From the NCBI RefSeq assembly GCF_001194135.2, contig NC_068986.1:112897694-112961693 (forward strand): DNA of 64,000 nucleotides, read 5' to 3'. A model generated the notes under the pieces. The model was not told the DNA's origin. It saw only the letters and a program-made list of their open reading frames with translations, and ran no database searches. Made by a program: the position numbers and the translations under genes. Position 1 is the first letter of the stretch. Each line of letters begins with the position of its first letter. Shown one piece after another: positions 40,575 to 54,034 of this stretch. The stretch is from Octopus bimaculoides (lineage: Eukaryota).

Positions 40575-40730
40575 CAAAAAAATAAACAAAACAAAAGACG
40601 AAGATGGGTGTGTAAACAACAAACTGATGTATTAGTCTAACGCTCGAGAAGTGAGAAAGTCTTTTACGTTTCGAACCTACGCTCTTCCACAGAAAGGAAC
40701 ACAGAAATGAACAGGGAAAGAAAATAAAAC
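40575..40730 (-). mobile_element. Repeat family P carrying a hammerhead-like motif (PLE-terminus-like)
   Basis: Near-identical to 54905-55045 (aaac.gatgtattagt.taacgctcgagaagtga.aaagtctt..acgtttcga.cctacgctcttccacagaaa). Confidence 0.8.
40660..40697 (-). ncRNA. Minimal hammerhead-like motif with variant core CUGUGGA
   Basis: ccttt-CTGTGGA-a-gagc(gtag)gttc-GAAA-c-gta-aaaga. Confidence 0.5.
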
Positions 40731-42890
40731 AGTTTTAGTGGCGAGCGATCTAGCATAGCGAATGCTGGACAGAGGCGTCAGACAGGAGAGCGAGGTAGAA
40801 GGGGAGATAATAAAGTAGTGGTGATCAGATCATGATATCCAGTGACAATATTGGTCGCTCCTTGAAGAATATAGAATTGCATAGGTCTCAACCACTAGCA
40901 AAATATACCAAAAATATTCAATGCCATCCTCTTCAAATCTAGTGAGTGGCCTTCTCTACGTCGGACACCAACCCAGAATTTATGAGGGACAGTGGTTTAA
41001 CCTACACTAAATTCAGTAGTCCTTTTCACATTTCTTGTTTTTAATCCTGTTGTGTTTCTAGCAACCCTCCTCACCAGTTAAGCCAATTTCGTTGGGTGGG
41101 TGACGATTTAGTCACCGACGACCCGAACATATTGTAGGTTGTACTGAATAGCTAAAAAGAAATCAAGCCAATATGTGCGCTTGGAAATGTCTGTCGAAAT
41201 CGAAACTTAGTCCATCAGAAAACTCCACCATTTGTATTATCCAATGATTTGGTCAGCTAAAAAGTATGGTGTGTAAATCTATTGTTCCACTTCTCAGTCG
41301 CAAAATGCATTAGCTTTCTAGGAAAGACCGATAACACGACTGGTTTTGCTTTCGACAAAAGTCTGACAAGGATCTTCTCAGCAACTAACAGCATGGTGTT
41401 TATGACAATAGTGTTTAAATACACACCATTGATATGGATCACGACTCTCGAGTCATCTTGAATTACTGTTGGGGCGCGCTTCGATATCAGAAACACGTAA
41501 ATAGTTTCATGAGATTCGCTTGCAGAAAAGGGTCTTCCAGGCAAACCAATATATGAAATAAATCAAACTGTTTCGTATCTTTTCTTTAGATAAATGAGAT
41601 GAATACGGCTCAAAAGCTCACGTGTATATGGTGTAGAAGATCACAGCATTTATTTAATAAACCGCCAAAGGAAAAGTGCCTAGAAAGAGAAGCAAAATGT
41701 ATATTAAATGAGAATATTAATACTAAATGAAGAAGTGATGTCATACACATGTCACTTAACGCAAAGATAGGATGGGTGTAGAGTTTATGATCACAGTTGA
41801 ATGGATGGCAAAGAACAAAAGTATTTGCAATAAAAACAGTGGTGATGTAAAAATTACGGCGATAAACATCTTTGTAGGCGATAAGACAATCACGCTGTGA
41901 GTGTTAGCTAGAATACAGGCACATGTCATGAACCATGGGGCTACATGTTCAATGATACGAAACAGAACAGTATATATTTAACAGCTAGCTAGCAGATATA
42001 GCAACGTAAATAAAACGGAAGCTGTCAGAGCCACGCGATGTGTGCGCGCATGCACGTCGAGGCAATGTTTTCACTGTCAGTTTTCGGTCTACACGTGGAT
42101 AAGTTCACTTCCTTTTGTCAATCATATTAGCGTTAGAAATGGGGTAACACAATAGATGTTCGAGTGTATGGGTGTAAGTTCGTATATCAGTGAGTGTGCG
42201 TGCGTCTATCCTTATATGTCAAAGTGTGTGTGTATGTGAAGGGTGTGTACGTATAGATTGAGAGGAAAACATTATAGCGATCGATCGATCCATAGGTAGA
42301 TAGGTTGCTAGATACATAATCACGCATATCTATTAATTCGTATACATGTTCGATTATAAACATTTACATTGTTGCTCGCGTAAGTAAATACACCTCCATA
42401 TACTACTGATGCGTGATATAAATATATTTATACACACGCACACATACACACACATATACACACACGCATACACACACACACATATATACATAGCTATTTA
42501 TACATAGAGACAAGAGAGAGAGAGAGAGATGATAGATAGATAGATAGATAGATAGATAGTCACAAAGATAGAGATATAGATAGCTAAATAGATAGATAAG
42601 TTTCTTTATTAGTCACACAGGGCCGAACACAGAGGGGACAAAATACAATGTAGAGCTTTTCTTTTCGAAAATAGAAAGAAAAAGGAGAAAAATGAAATTC
42701 CGATCAAAAGGGATCGTGAGAAAAAAAAAACGTAGGTATATATATATAAATATATATANNNNNNNNNNNNNNNNNNNNNNNNNNNNNNNNNNNNNNNNNN
42801 NNNNNNNNNNNNNNNNNNNNNNNNNNNNNNNNNNNNNNNNNNNNNNNNNNNNNNNNNNNNNNNNNNNNNNNNNNNNTATATATATATACA

Positions 42891-42931
<41 letters not shown>

Positions 42932-43559
42932 GGAGATAGACAGACAGACAGGCAGACATATAGATAGATAGATAGATAGATAGGGTTGAGTGCACATGCG
43001 CATAGGTAGGCGGAGTCAAAGTCTATATAATACAACATGTGGACTTGTAAATGTACGACGACGTAAAATATATTCTCCACGCCATTCATAATTTCTTCAA
43101 ACATCATCTGCAGCCACAACATTTGCATACGCACATGCGGCTGAGTACGTGCGCTTGTATATGATTGTGTGTTTGAGTGTAAATATAAAAATGAACAGAT
43201 GCTGAAATCATTAAACGCATCACTTTGGTAACCTAACACATGTCGTACTGTTTAGATGAAAATATAATACCTTATGAATGAGATTCTCCGTCACCCGCCC
43301 CGCCATCCCAATACTCGTCATTCTTTGAATGTGATAAGTTGTGCTGTGGGGTGTAGGGAGAGGGAGGTGTATATATTTAGACAACAAAACACCAAAAACG
43401 TACGTTTGTGTATATTTGCACTTGTTTGGATAGGAATTATCTTATAAATATATATATTTATACTTACACACACACATACACACACATACACGCATACACA
43501 CACGGACACATACATACACATACACACACACACATACACACACACATATATATATATAT

Positions 43560-44045
43560 GGTGCAGGAGTAGCAGTGTGGTAAGAAGCCTGCTTACCAAC
43601 CACATGGCTCCGGGTTCAGTCCCACTGCGTGGCACCATGGGTATGTGTCTTCTACTATAGCCTCGGGCCGACCAAAGCCTTGTGAGTGGATTTGATAGAC
43701 GGAAACTAAAAGAAGCCCGTCGTATGTACATCTGTGTGCGTGTGTGTGTGAGGTGTGAGTGTGTGTGTGTGAGGTTTGTGTGTGTGTGTGAGGTGTGTGC
43801 GTATATATTCGTGTACGTGCGTGCGTCTGTGTTTGTGTGTTTGTGTGTCTGTGTGTGTATGTTACCCCAGCATCGCTTGACAACTAATACTGGTGCGTTT
43901 ACGCCCCCGTAACTTAGCGGTTCGGCAAAAGACGGCGATAGAATAAGTACTAGGCTTACAAAGAATAAGCCCTAGGGTCGATTTTCTCGAGTAAAGGTGG
44001 TGCTCCAGCATAGCCGCAGTCAAATGACTGACACAATTAAAAAAG
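43560..44045 (+). mobile_element. Full-length SINE family C with an internal (TG)n tract
   Basis: tRNA head (A-box tagcagtgtgg, B-box gggttcagtcc), conserved body to gaagcccgtcg, (TG)n at 43730-43860, then a conserved 3' part ending in an A-rich tail. Confidence 0.9.
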
Positions 44046-44074
44046 TAAAAGAATATATGTAGACAACTTCTAAT

Positions 44075-45071
44075 NNNNNNNNNNNNNNNNNNNNNNNNNN
44101 NNNNNNNNNNNNNNNNNNNNNNNNNNNNNNNNNNNNNNNNNNNNNNNNNNNNNNNNNNNNNNNNNNNNNNNNNNNNNNNNNNNNNNNNNNNNNNNNNNNN
44201 NNNNNNNNNNNNNNNNNNNNNNNNNNNNNNNNNNNNNNNNNNNNNNNNNNNNNNNNNNNNNNNNNNNNNNNNNNNNNNNNNNNNNNNNNNNNNNNNNNNN
44301 NNNNNNNNNNNNNNNNNNNNNNNNNNNNNNNNNNNNNNNNNNNNNNNNNNNNNNNNNNNNNNNNNNNNNNNNNNNNNNNNNNNNNNNNNNNNNNNNNNNN
44401 NNNNNNNNNNNNNNNNNNNNNNNNNNNNNNNNNNNNNNNNNNNNNNNNNNNNNNNNNNNNNNNNNNNNNNNNNNNNNNNNNNNNNNNNNNNNNNNNNNNN
44501 NNNNNNNNNNNNNNNNNNNNNNNNNNNNNNNNNNNNNNNNNNNNNNNNNNNNNNNNNNNNNNNNNNNNNNNNNNNNNNNNNNNNNNNNNNNNNNNNNNNN
44601 NNNNNNNNNNNNNNNNNNNNNNNNNNNNNNNNNNNNNNNNNNNNNNNNNNNNNNNNNNNNNNNNNNNNNNNNNNNNNNNNNNNNNNNNNNNNNNNNNNNN
44701 NNNNNNNNNNNNNNNNNNNNNNNNNNNNNNNNNNNNNNNNNNNNNNNNNNNNNNNNNNNNNNNNNNNNNNNNNNNNNNNNNNNNNNNNNNNNNNNNNNNN
44801 NNNNNNNNNNNNNNNNNNNNNNNNNNNNNNNNNNNNNNNNNNNNNNNNNNNNNNNNNNNNNNNNNNNNNNNNNNNNNNNNNNNNNNNNNNNNNNNNNNNN
44901 NNNNNNNNNNNNNNNNNNNNNNNNNNNNNNNNNNNNNNNNNNNNNNNNNNNNNNNNNNNNNNNNNNNNNNNNNNNNNNNNNNNNNNNNNNNNNNNNNNNN
45001 NNNNNNNNNNNNNNNNNNNNNNNNNNNNNNNNNNNNNNNNNNNNNNNNNNNNNNNNNNNNNNNNNNNNNNN
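44075..45071. other. Largest assembly gap (one of 15 N-runs)
   Basis: N-run. The others start near 2155, 5396, 9558, 18096, 26890, 37164, 38986, 42759, 48264, 50627, 54044, 56349, 59463 and 62241. Confidence 0.99.
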
Positions 45072-46347
45072 NTATATATATATATATATATGTATGTATG
45101 TGTGTGTATTTACTTATATGTATTTATATGTATGCATATAATAATATGTATGTGTATGTGTAGCGGTATTTTGCTATTTATTCGCTTTTGTATATAAATT
45201 TGTGACCCGTTATCATACAGCAACTTACGCACACACGACGCTTTGAATACGCATACGCGAACATGTGTATGTAAATATGCATGTTTGTGTCTTAATGTGC
45301 AGTTGCCTAAACAAATATTGATGTTGCTATGTGCAGCAACTGTCATGAATTTGTCAGCTTTTTTATATTTTTTTTATTATTTTGTTTATTGTTTATCAGG
45401 TTTTCTTTCGACTCATTTTCTGAAGGACCTCCTGCTAACTTGATGTTGAATGGGGTAATATGATAAAGCTATTAGATCTTGTGACAAACGAGGGAGATTG
45501 AGTGAAGGAAGGAAACGATGAAACAATTCACACACAACATAAGACATACATAGATACAGAGTCGCAAAGGTATATATCATATACATATACATGTGTGTGT
45601 GTGTGTGTGATTGTGTGAGTGTAATGAAAGAGACAGTGAGAGCGTAAGAGAGGGAGAGAAATAGAAGAACGGGTGAGATGTTTGCTTATGTAATACATCA
45701 ACGTCTAAATCAAAGCTGAAACAACTGTGTCGAGAACAACATTGGATGTAGTAAAGTGACAAGGAATGGTTAAATATTGAAAATGATTAACTGAAAATAT
45801 TTGCTTAGTTTATGTATTATGTCACAACACACACACACACGCGCACACTCACAAACACACACACCCGCGCATAGCCTAGTTTAATTATTTATAGAAATAA
45901 TTAATGAAACAGATCTTTATGTTTGTGATTATGACCTTAATTTGTTTTATTTATGTTAGTGCTGTTGTCACGTACCACCATCTGCTAGAGACAGCAGTTG
46001 TTTGTTATATCGCGTAGAATATTCTAACCGCAGGAATCTCGAAAAAAAAAAAAAGAAAAACAGCAGTAACAGACAGGATGTTGATGGCTTGTGTATTAAT
46101 GTTTTACCTGATGTTAAACTATAACAATTAGTCTTACCTAGATAGCGAACACGCAGGTAATTAATCCAACATCCATCTCTATTGAAATAAACTCTGTGAT
46201 TAAATAGATTTTGCAAACCAAACGTTTCATTCCTTAATCAACAAATACTTTCGTTTGTGTGTCCTTTAAAGTTACAATATTTAAAGTACAATATTTAACG
46301 GAGTTTGATATCTTTATTCAGCGATTGCATAGACGGAAAAGAAAATT

Positions 46348-46644
46348 GGTACTCCGTCAGTTATGGCGACGGGGCTTTCAAGTGTTCACATCAGTGGAAC
46401 AGTCTGTTCGTTGAATGATCTTGCAACTGGCTGAGTACTTCACGGTCACGTGTCCCCTTAACGTAATTCTCAGAGAGATTCAGCGTAACGCAAAATAAGA
46501 CTAGACAGACCCCTTTGAATGACAGGTACATCTAATTTTTGCCAGCTTGGTGGACAGGAGCAACGTGATACAGCACACCGCCAATAATCGAACTCACAGC
46601 CATTCGGTCATGAGCCGACTACCCTAAAATCTAACCCACGCGCC
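46348..46644 (-). mobile_element. SINE family A copy
   Basis: actccgtcagttatg ... ccttaacgtaattctcagagagattcagcg ... ggagcaacgtga aligns with 746-1037. Confidence 0.85.
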
Positions 46645-48195
46645 TTCCTGATCTCATAGATATCCCCTCGTTGAATCGCGATTTCGTATTTCTTGTGGTT
46701 GTTATAAAGTTTTAAAGGTTGTTGTCAGATGTCAGTAGGACAGCCATTGGCTGGGATTCGATTTTAAACTTATATTTTTCTGCAAAATAGCAATATGCCA
46801 ATACATTTCATTCCAATAACGGTGTAATTTCAGGTAGGGACGATGTTTTCAGCAATTGGTTGATGTGCATGTTGGTAGAGTATCGGATGACGATAAAATT
46901 GCCTTTTTGTTCGCAATATGATCCTCTCCTTTTTTTTTTTTTACTGGGACTAAAAAACATTGCAAATAAATCCACGTCCATCACGTCATGTTGTCTTGAA
47001 ATATGCTGTTAATGATTTAATGTGTTTATTGATAGCCGAAGTTTAAATAACGTGTGTGACGCATTTCGTAATTTCCATGAGATATTAAGACTAACCTTGA
47101 CATACCCAACCATAACAAAAGAAAACTGCAACAAACGTAGCATAAGAAATTCACTTGACTAGTTAGAAGTTGCGTTAATTAACGACTTATTATCTCATAA
47201 ATCGAGAGGTACACATTAAATAATATATCTTGGCTTTCATATGCGATAATCACTTAGAGAAACCGGATTGTCTTCGATGAAAGGCCTTTTAATCACCGGG
47301 TCAATCCCTGAAGGTCAAGCTGGAGGTGAACAATAGAATTTATCCCGCGTCTCCCATTTTTGAATAACATTTACCAATGCCACCAGATGAGTTTGAGTTC
47401 CTGAGGTGAGAGTTTGATGCATGTCACCCCCACCGCAGCCTATTCCATAAATACTTCTCATCCATATCGTTATCAATGTTGAGTATTTCAAATTTCTGCG
47501 ACGGTTTTCCTAATGGTTTTTGTCATTTAATGCCAATCAAAATGTTTTGGTCTACCTATGAACACAATAGACTTTTCGAAGAATCGCGCAGTAGAATCGA
47601 TCCAAGACCACACAGTTTCCGAGTGAACTGCTTCATCAGAACATCGAGTATAGTCATTAATAACAAACGAAATCTCTCATGAATTGCAGATATATTTCAG
47701 TATTAAGAATGGTAGGGGAGTATTCTCAGACTGATGGATAGTCCGTCTAAATTTAGGAGCGCCATCTAGTAGCAATAAATAGAAATATAATTAATCATTT
47801 ATTCTAGAAGGTCGATTAGCAACGGTGTAAATGATATTCAAATAAACACCTAAGCTTTCGGATTAATGTGACGAGATTACAGAAACAAATTTGCCTACTA
47901 TAATAATTAAAAATCTGTTAAAAGCGCCATCACATATGTCTCACCAATCGCTGAACTAAACTATTTACTAAATGATTCAGCCATCACAGTTTACAACATA
48001 TTTTTCAAAATTCAGACAATGTTCGATGGGAATCATTGCAGATTAGATGTCCATGCTGTTGTTGGAATAGTTGTTCTTGTTGTTGTTATCACTTTTGAAT
48101 TTTATTTATTTATTTATTATTCTTTTTGATTCGGTATCATTGATAATTTTCTCCTCTCTTTTCTAGTCTATCTATCTATCTATCTATCTACCTAC

Positions 48196-48263
<68 letters not shown>

Positions 48264-48596
48264 NNNNNNNNNNNNNNNNNNNNNNNNNNNNNNNNNNNNN
48301 NNNNNNNNNNNNNNNNNNNNNNNNNNNNNNNNNNNNNNNNNNNNNNNNNNNNNNNNNNNNNNNNNNNNNNNNNNNNNNNNNNNNNNNNNNNNNNNNNNNN
48401 NNNNNNNNNNNNNNNNNNNNNNNNNNNNNNNNNNNNNNNNNNNNNNNNNNNNNNNNNNNNNNNNNNNNNNNNNNNNNNNNNNNNNNNNNNNNNNNNNNNN
48501 NNNNNNNNNNNNNNNNNNNNNNNNNNNNNNNNNNNNNNNNNNNNNNNNNNNNNNNTATATATATATATATATTATATTATATTGTATTATATATGT

Positions 48597-48761
48597 ATAC
48601 GACGGGCTACTTTCAGTTTCCATCTACCAAATCCACTCACAAAGCTCTCGTGGCCTGAAGCTGTAAAATAATACTACTTACCTAGGTGCCACGCAGCAGG
48701 AATGAACCCGGAACCATGTGGTTGGGAAGAAAGCTTCTTACCACTCAGCCACACCTGCACC
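48597..48761 (-). mobile_element. SINE family C, 5' half
   Basis: Reverse-complement match to 43560-43722, running into a microsatellite and a gap. Confidence 0.88.
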
Positions 48762-48799
48762 CACACTCAAGCAATAGAAACTACTCCCCACAATTTCCT

Positions 48800-50340
48800 T
48801 TCTCCTACTGCAACGCCACCAAAATCAAGAAATCTTAACCCTAAAATCTGCCGTTACTCCCAGCAGAAAAGAGTATGTTTACAGCAAGATTGTAATTTTA
48901 CCCTTCTCCTTAGGACTCGACGTACCATGAAAAACAATACTCCCAGCCATCACCAAAATCCACTCCAGAAATATCCACTCTGTTGCAGCAGAACCGGTGC
49001 GCACCTTTGCCGCAATCTTGCTTACAAGCACTCTCCCAAAGTGAACCCAAACAAAAGTAAAAGCAAAAATAAAACTAATGGCACGAATTCCCCCAACAGC
49101 TCAGGAAACTGGAAAACATCCATTCGAAGCAGTAGAAGAAGCAACCAACATAACTGTGAATGTAAACACAAACGCCAGGCATGAAGTTCTCCTTAACCAG
49201 GTTTATTCTTCTTCTTTATCCATGCGGAACCTAGCCAAAGAGATCCAGAAGAGTATTTTGGCTATCAGACGGAACCAACCACTGCTGCTTCCTCAGTACA
49301 AAACCTATCCTCCTCACTATCATTAACCCAAAAATTTCTACCGATGCCTCTATACAAGTCTAACCAGGCCATTACTCTAGTCTGAACATTCTTACTCAAT
49401 GTACAAGACATTTGCACAGCCTTCCATATAAAAAGATGGAAGATCCAATTCATTGAGGACTGGATTACACTCATCAGATTTCCTTCTTCATCATTACTGA
49501 AAACCCACCTTGACAACTCCAACTTGGAAGCTGAAATAAAAGTGAGGATTTTCACCACAATCCGAGCAGACTGCATCGGCAGAAGAAAGGGAGGAGCTGT
49601 CACTTCCCTGCATGACTCATTTACTGCATAAAAACACATCTCATTTTCCAATGGCTATTGTCAATCACTATCTGTCTACAACAAAACGAATGATTTAGCA
49701 ATAATTGGGCTCTACAGGCCACCTCATGCGTCACTATTTTGCTTCAAGAACAGCTTCACGAATATCAACTCTTTCATTCAACAATGTCATCCTGATAATA
49801 TTCTAATGGTGGGTGACTTCAGTTTCCCCTGTGTTAACTGGTCTATTCATACCCTGAAAACTAGTGCGTGCATTTCCACTTCAGGCAAAGACTCAGTGGA
49901 ATCGCTATTTCAATTTATGGATGAATTTTTCCTGTCCCAACTCGTGCTCGTGCCAACGAGATTCAACAAGAACATTCTGGACTTAGTGCTAAGCAACCAC
50001 ACAAACAATATCCACGATATTACAATGGAAAAAAAAAATCTTTTTTCGACCACGATATGGTTCTCTGTCGCCTGAGGTTCTGGCAGCCAATTGCGTATCT
50101 CAATGCATCATACTCCTTCGATCTCACTACCAGAAGCATTGATTCATCATGGCATCTATTTATGGACATTGTCACAAACATATGTCTACACAACACCCCA
50201 CCACGGTCCATGAACGAGACAAAATACGGACTAACACGTCCCAGGAAATCCCTCATACGAAAGAAAATGAGAACGAATCAAAAACTCCACCGGTTAAAAT
50301 ATTACCAGCCGCAACACTCCCACACGGCTGGAACTTAGTT
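48800..50340 (+). mobile_element. CR1/L2-group LINE fragment: ORF1 remnant plus APE endonuclease, truncated before the RT
   Basis: ORF1-like PKICRYSQQKRVCLQQDCNFT..RTRR. Endonuclease motifs in order at 49380-50075: KTHL, RADCIGRRKGGAV, GLYRPP, MVGDFSFP.VNW, VPTR, ILDLVLSN and DHD. Confidence 0.85.
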
Positions 50341-52669
50341 GGGAACCCAATGTGTATATAATTTCGGTGATATTTTATACATAAATTACATAAAGGAGCA
50401 TGAAATATGAAGATAAAATTATTTTATAATTGATTTAAAATCTATGTAGAAATTGAACATACACTGAAAGGAGCGCACACATGCCTCACCCCCACACACA
50501 GACACGTATGATATTTGATAACGCATAGCGACACCAACGCATTACATTTGTGTGTCTTTTACACACTCGACTTCGTCTTTTGTCTTTTTGTAAGTTCTCC
50601 AACTATATATATATATATATATATANNNNNNNNNNNNNNNNNNNNNNNNNNNNNNNNNNNNNNNNNNNNNNNNNNNNNNNNNNNNNNNNNNNNNNNNNNN
50701 NNNNNNNNNNNNNNNNNNNNNNNNNNNNNNNNNNNNNNNNNNNNNNNNNNNNNNNNNNNNNNNNNNNNNNNNNNNNNNNNNNNNNNNNNNNNNNNNNNNN
50801 NNNNNNNNNNNNNNNNNNNNNNNNNNNNNNNNNNNNNNNNNNNNNNNNNNNNNNNNNNNNNNNNNNNNNNNNNNNNNNNNNNNNNNNNNNNNNNNNNNNN
50901 NNNNNNNNNNNNNNNNNNNNNNNNNNNNNNNNNNNNNNNNNNNNNNNNNNNNNNNNNNNNNNNNNNNNNNNNNNNNNNNNNNNNNNNNNNNNNNNNNNNN
51001 NNNNNNNNNNNNNNNNNNNNNNNNNNNNNNNNNNNNNNNNNNNNNNNNNNNNNNNNNNNNNNNNNNNNNNNNNNNNNNNNNNNNNNNNNNNNNNNNNNNN
51101 NNNNNNNNNNNNNNNNNNNNNNNNNNNNNNNNNNNNNNNNNNNNNNNNNNNNNNNNNNNNNNNNNNNNNNNNNNNNNNNNNNNNNNNNNNNNNNNNNNNN
51201 NNNNNNNNNNNNNNNNNNNNNNNNNNNNNNNNNNNNNNNNNNNNNNNNNNNNNNNNNNNNNNNNNNNNNNNNNNNNNNNNNNNNNNNNNNNNNNNNNNNN
51301 NNNNNNNNNNNNNNNNNNNNNNNNNNNNNNNNNNNNNNNNNNNNNNNNNNNNNNNNNNNNNNNNNNNNNNNNNNNNNNNNNNNNNNNNNNNNNNNNNNNN
51401 NNNNNNNNNNNNNNNNNNNNNNNNNNNNNNNNNNNNNNNNNNNNNNNNNNNNNNNNNNNNNNNNNNNNNNNNNNNNNAGTGATTTTATTTCGTTATTGGA
51501 ATATTTCTGGCACACGAAACGATATCTTTAATTATACCAAAGTCAATTTATTTAATTCAGTGCAAATATTAATTTTGGACATTAAATTATTCATAGATTT
51601 TTCTCTTGCCGTATTTTACCGGTACAAAATCGCGAATTATTATTTCATTAGAAATGAAAAAAAAAAAATAAATAAAGCATTACATAAAACATACAATATT
51701 AATAATTATTATTATTAGATTTGAATATTTAAGATATTTTAAAACCTAATCAAATTGAATTTGATGCGAAAGTTTGTAAAAATAGGAAAGAATAAAATAA
51801 TATTGGTAAGTTGACAAGTTTGTTACGATGGCAAATTCTCATTTGCAACAATTTCTTCTTCAGAGAAATATTTCCTTCACAATGATTATTATCGATCAAA
51901 GAAGGATATGTGCCAAACTGAGAACTGAAAGACAGGTAACCCAAATACTGGAACCGAGAAAAAGTGATTGCACTATCTGTTATTATTATTTTGTTTTCGT
52001 TAGGAACCACTAAACTCCTATCATGGAATGCAGTGAGAGGAAGACCGGTCTTTTAAAAACTGTGTTTTACGAAAATATTGTCCATAATTGAATAAGAAAG
52101 AATTCAAATGAAATAAAGAACAAGCGTAACAACATCCTGTATGCATAATGTTACGTTTAGTGATTGTATCAATAAACTCGTTACTACAATACATTTGATG
52201 TAACCGTTTCAATGCGAACTCCATCGTTATTCCATTAATGTTGTTAAATATTTACCAAATATTAGAAGTCCGCTATCCCACAAAACTTGATAGATCTCAC
52301 CAAAGATATTTTGAAATATGACATGTTTAAACAAATGACAGATTGGAATATAAATCTGCTTTCTGGAGTTAAAGGTAATGAAGATTACAATGAAAATGTC
52401 TTATTTGTGCAGTAAAAAAGTCACAACAACCACAAATATTTTACATGTTGGGCTGATATTGCAACGACAAACTAAAAAACGATTAATCATATTGCAGAGA
52501 TATTGTCGCTAAAATCTCAGAAAAATCGTAGAGCACAATTAGTAACGGAGTATCTGAAAGTAGTTGCCCAGTCGCCAAGCTACATAAGACCGAAAACCTA
52601 GAAGATCTGCAGAGCTCTGTGCGTGTGTGTATACCTGTCTGTCTGTGTGTATATCAATATGTATATATT

Positions 52670-52833
52670 GGGAATGCGATACTAATGACCGGTGGCAGGA
52701 CTCAATATACATTGCTTAAGAAGGAAGTGAGAGTCGAATACAGAGAGATGAAAAGAACATGAAATACTAAAGGGTTAAACAATTATCTAGTCAACTTCAT
52801 TAGCTCACAGCTGTTTCTGCTATAAAGATGCAG
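52670..52833 (+). repeat. Unclassified ~165-bp repeat, copy 1
   Basis: Matches 58235-58399 (gggaatgcgata..tgaccgg..gcaggactcaatataca.tgcttaaga ... cattagctcaca.ctgtttct.ctataaa.atgcag). Confidence 0.85.
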
Positions 52834-53060
52834 TGGGCTCATAGCTGGCAGAGCACTACGTAAGCAGGCATACTTTTAACGTAGTTCTGAGGAAGATTTA
52901 GCTTGAAACTGAATCTGAGATACAGGCACCAGTCATTGTTTTTTACAACCTGTGTGGACTGCAGGAATATCAAGTAAAGCTCCTGGCTGAAGGGTACAAT
53001 GTGCAGCTGGGAATCTACCTCACGTCCTTATGATACTGAGCCGACTACCCTGACCAGAGA
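52834..53060 (-). mobile_element. Diverged SINE family A-like copy
   Basis: gagcact..g..acttttaacgtagttctgagg ... tggactg ... tgagccgactaccct matches the family A layout. Confidence 0.6.
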
Positions 53061-53126
53061 CTCATGCTCTTTTACACTCTCACACACGCGCACGCACACA
53101 TACATACGCACATATATTATATATAT

Positions 53127-53179
<53 letters not shown>

Positions 53180-53371
53180 TTTTGTTTTGTTTGACTAAGT
53201 GTGCAAACGTGTATTATGAGTACGAAAGCCCTCAAACTCACATGGAAGTAAGCAGGGCTTAAAACACACTCAGGCACATAAAACCGCGCGCACACGCATG
53301 TGCAAAGCTACACATTACTAGGCAAGACTGGCCCCCGGAACCAGAAACTTCATTGAGTATTCTCATTAAAT

Positions 53372-53530
53372 ATTAGTTTCAAATTTTGGCACAAGGCCAG
53401 CAAATTCGTCTTTCGATGTAACACGACTACATCAACCTCATTGATTTTTCGACCCCAAAATGACAAACAAAGCAAAGTCGACCCAGGTAGAATTTCAACT
53501 CAAAATGTGTGAAATACCGCGAAGTGTCTT
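53372..53530 (-). mobile_element. SINE family B-related copy
   Basis: gactacatcaacc ... tcgacccca ... gcaaagtcgaccca..agaattt..actca. Confidence 0.65.
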
Positions 53531-53981
53531 CTCGGTTGTGCTGAAAATTCTTCCAGATCCTCGCCTTATTGTCGTTAAATATTACTGGTACTTACAAACG
53601 ATGAGAGCCTCAGAATATGTGAATGTTTGTGTGTATGAAAGCAGTGCACATAACTGCTTCTAATGAGCATCCAGCCCTAGAAATTGCCGTAAGGAAGTAC
53701 CGGATTTTCCATTAGCGATTCCCAGGATATTTACTTACGCATCTAGCTTAAACAAATGTGAAGGACAACTTAGATTCTCCTCTATTTCATAAACGGTATG
53801 AAATGCCTGTCTATTAGGAATCACTTTGATTCTCAGCATTCTCCGTACTCTCTTTGCTTTCTAAATTTATATCCTTACTCTCTCTTCTGTATAAATCGCT
53901 TAATGCTCTACAGTCAATCGCTTGTATTTAAATATATTCATACATAGACACAATACAGACATAAGATAATTTTGTTATCTG

Positions 53982-54034
<53 letters not shown>

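Noticed and set aside
40900-41544. Possible Tx1/L1 RT remnant (INTMLLVAEKILVRLLSK), and a possible C-terminal piece at 47270-47690
   Set aside because: Similarity to RPITLLN..KILAK.L is too weak without an alignment.
47595-47650. Minus-strand CUGAUGA...GAAA...GUC hammerhead-like string
   Set aside because: Stem II and stem I do not pair properly and there is no second copy; likely chance.
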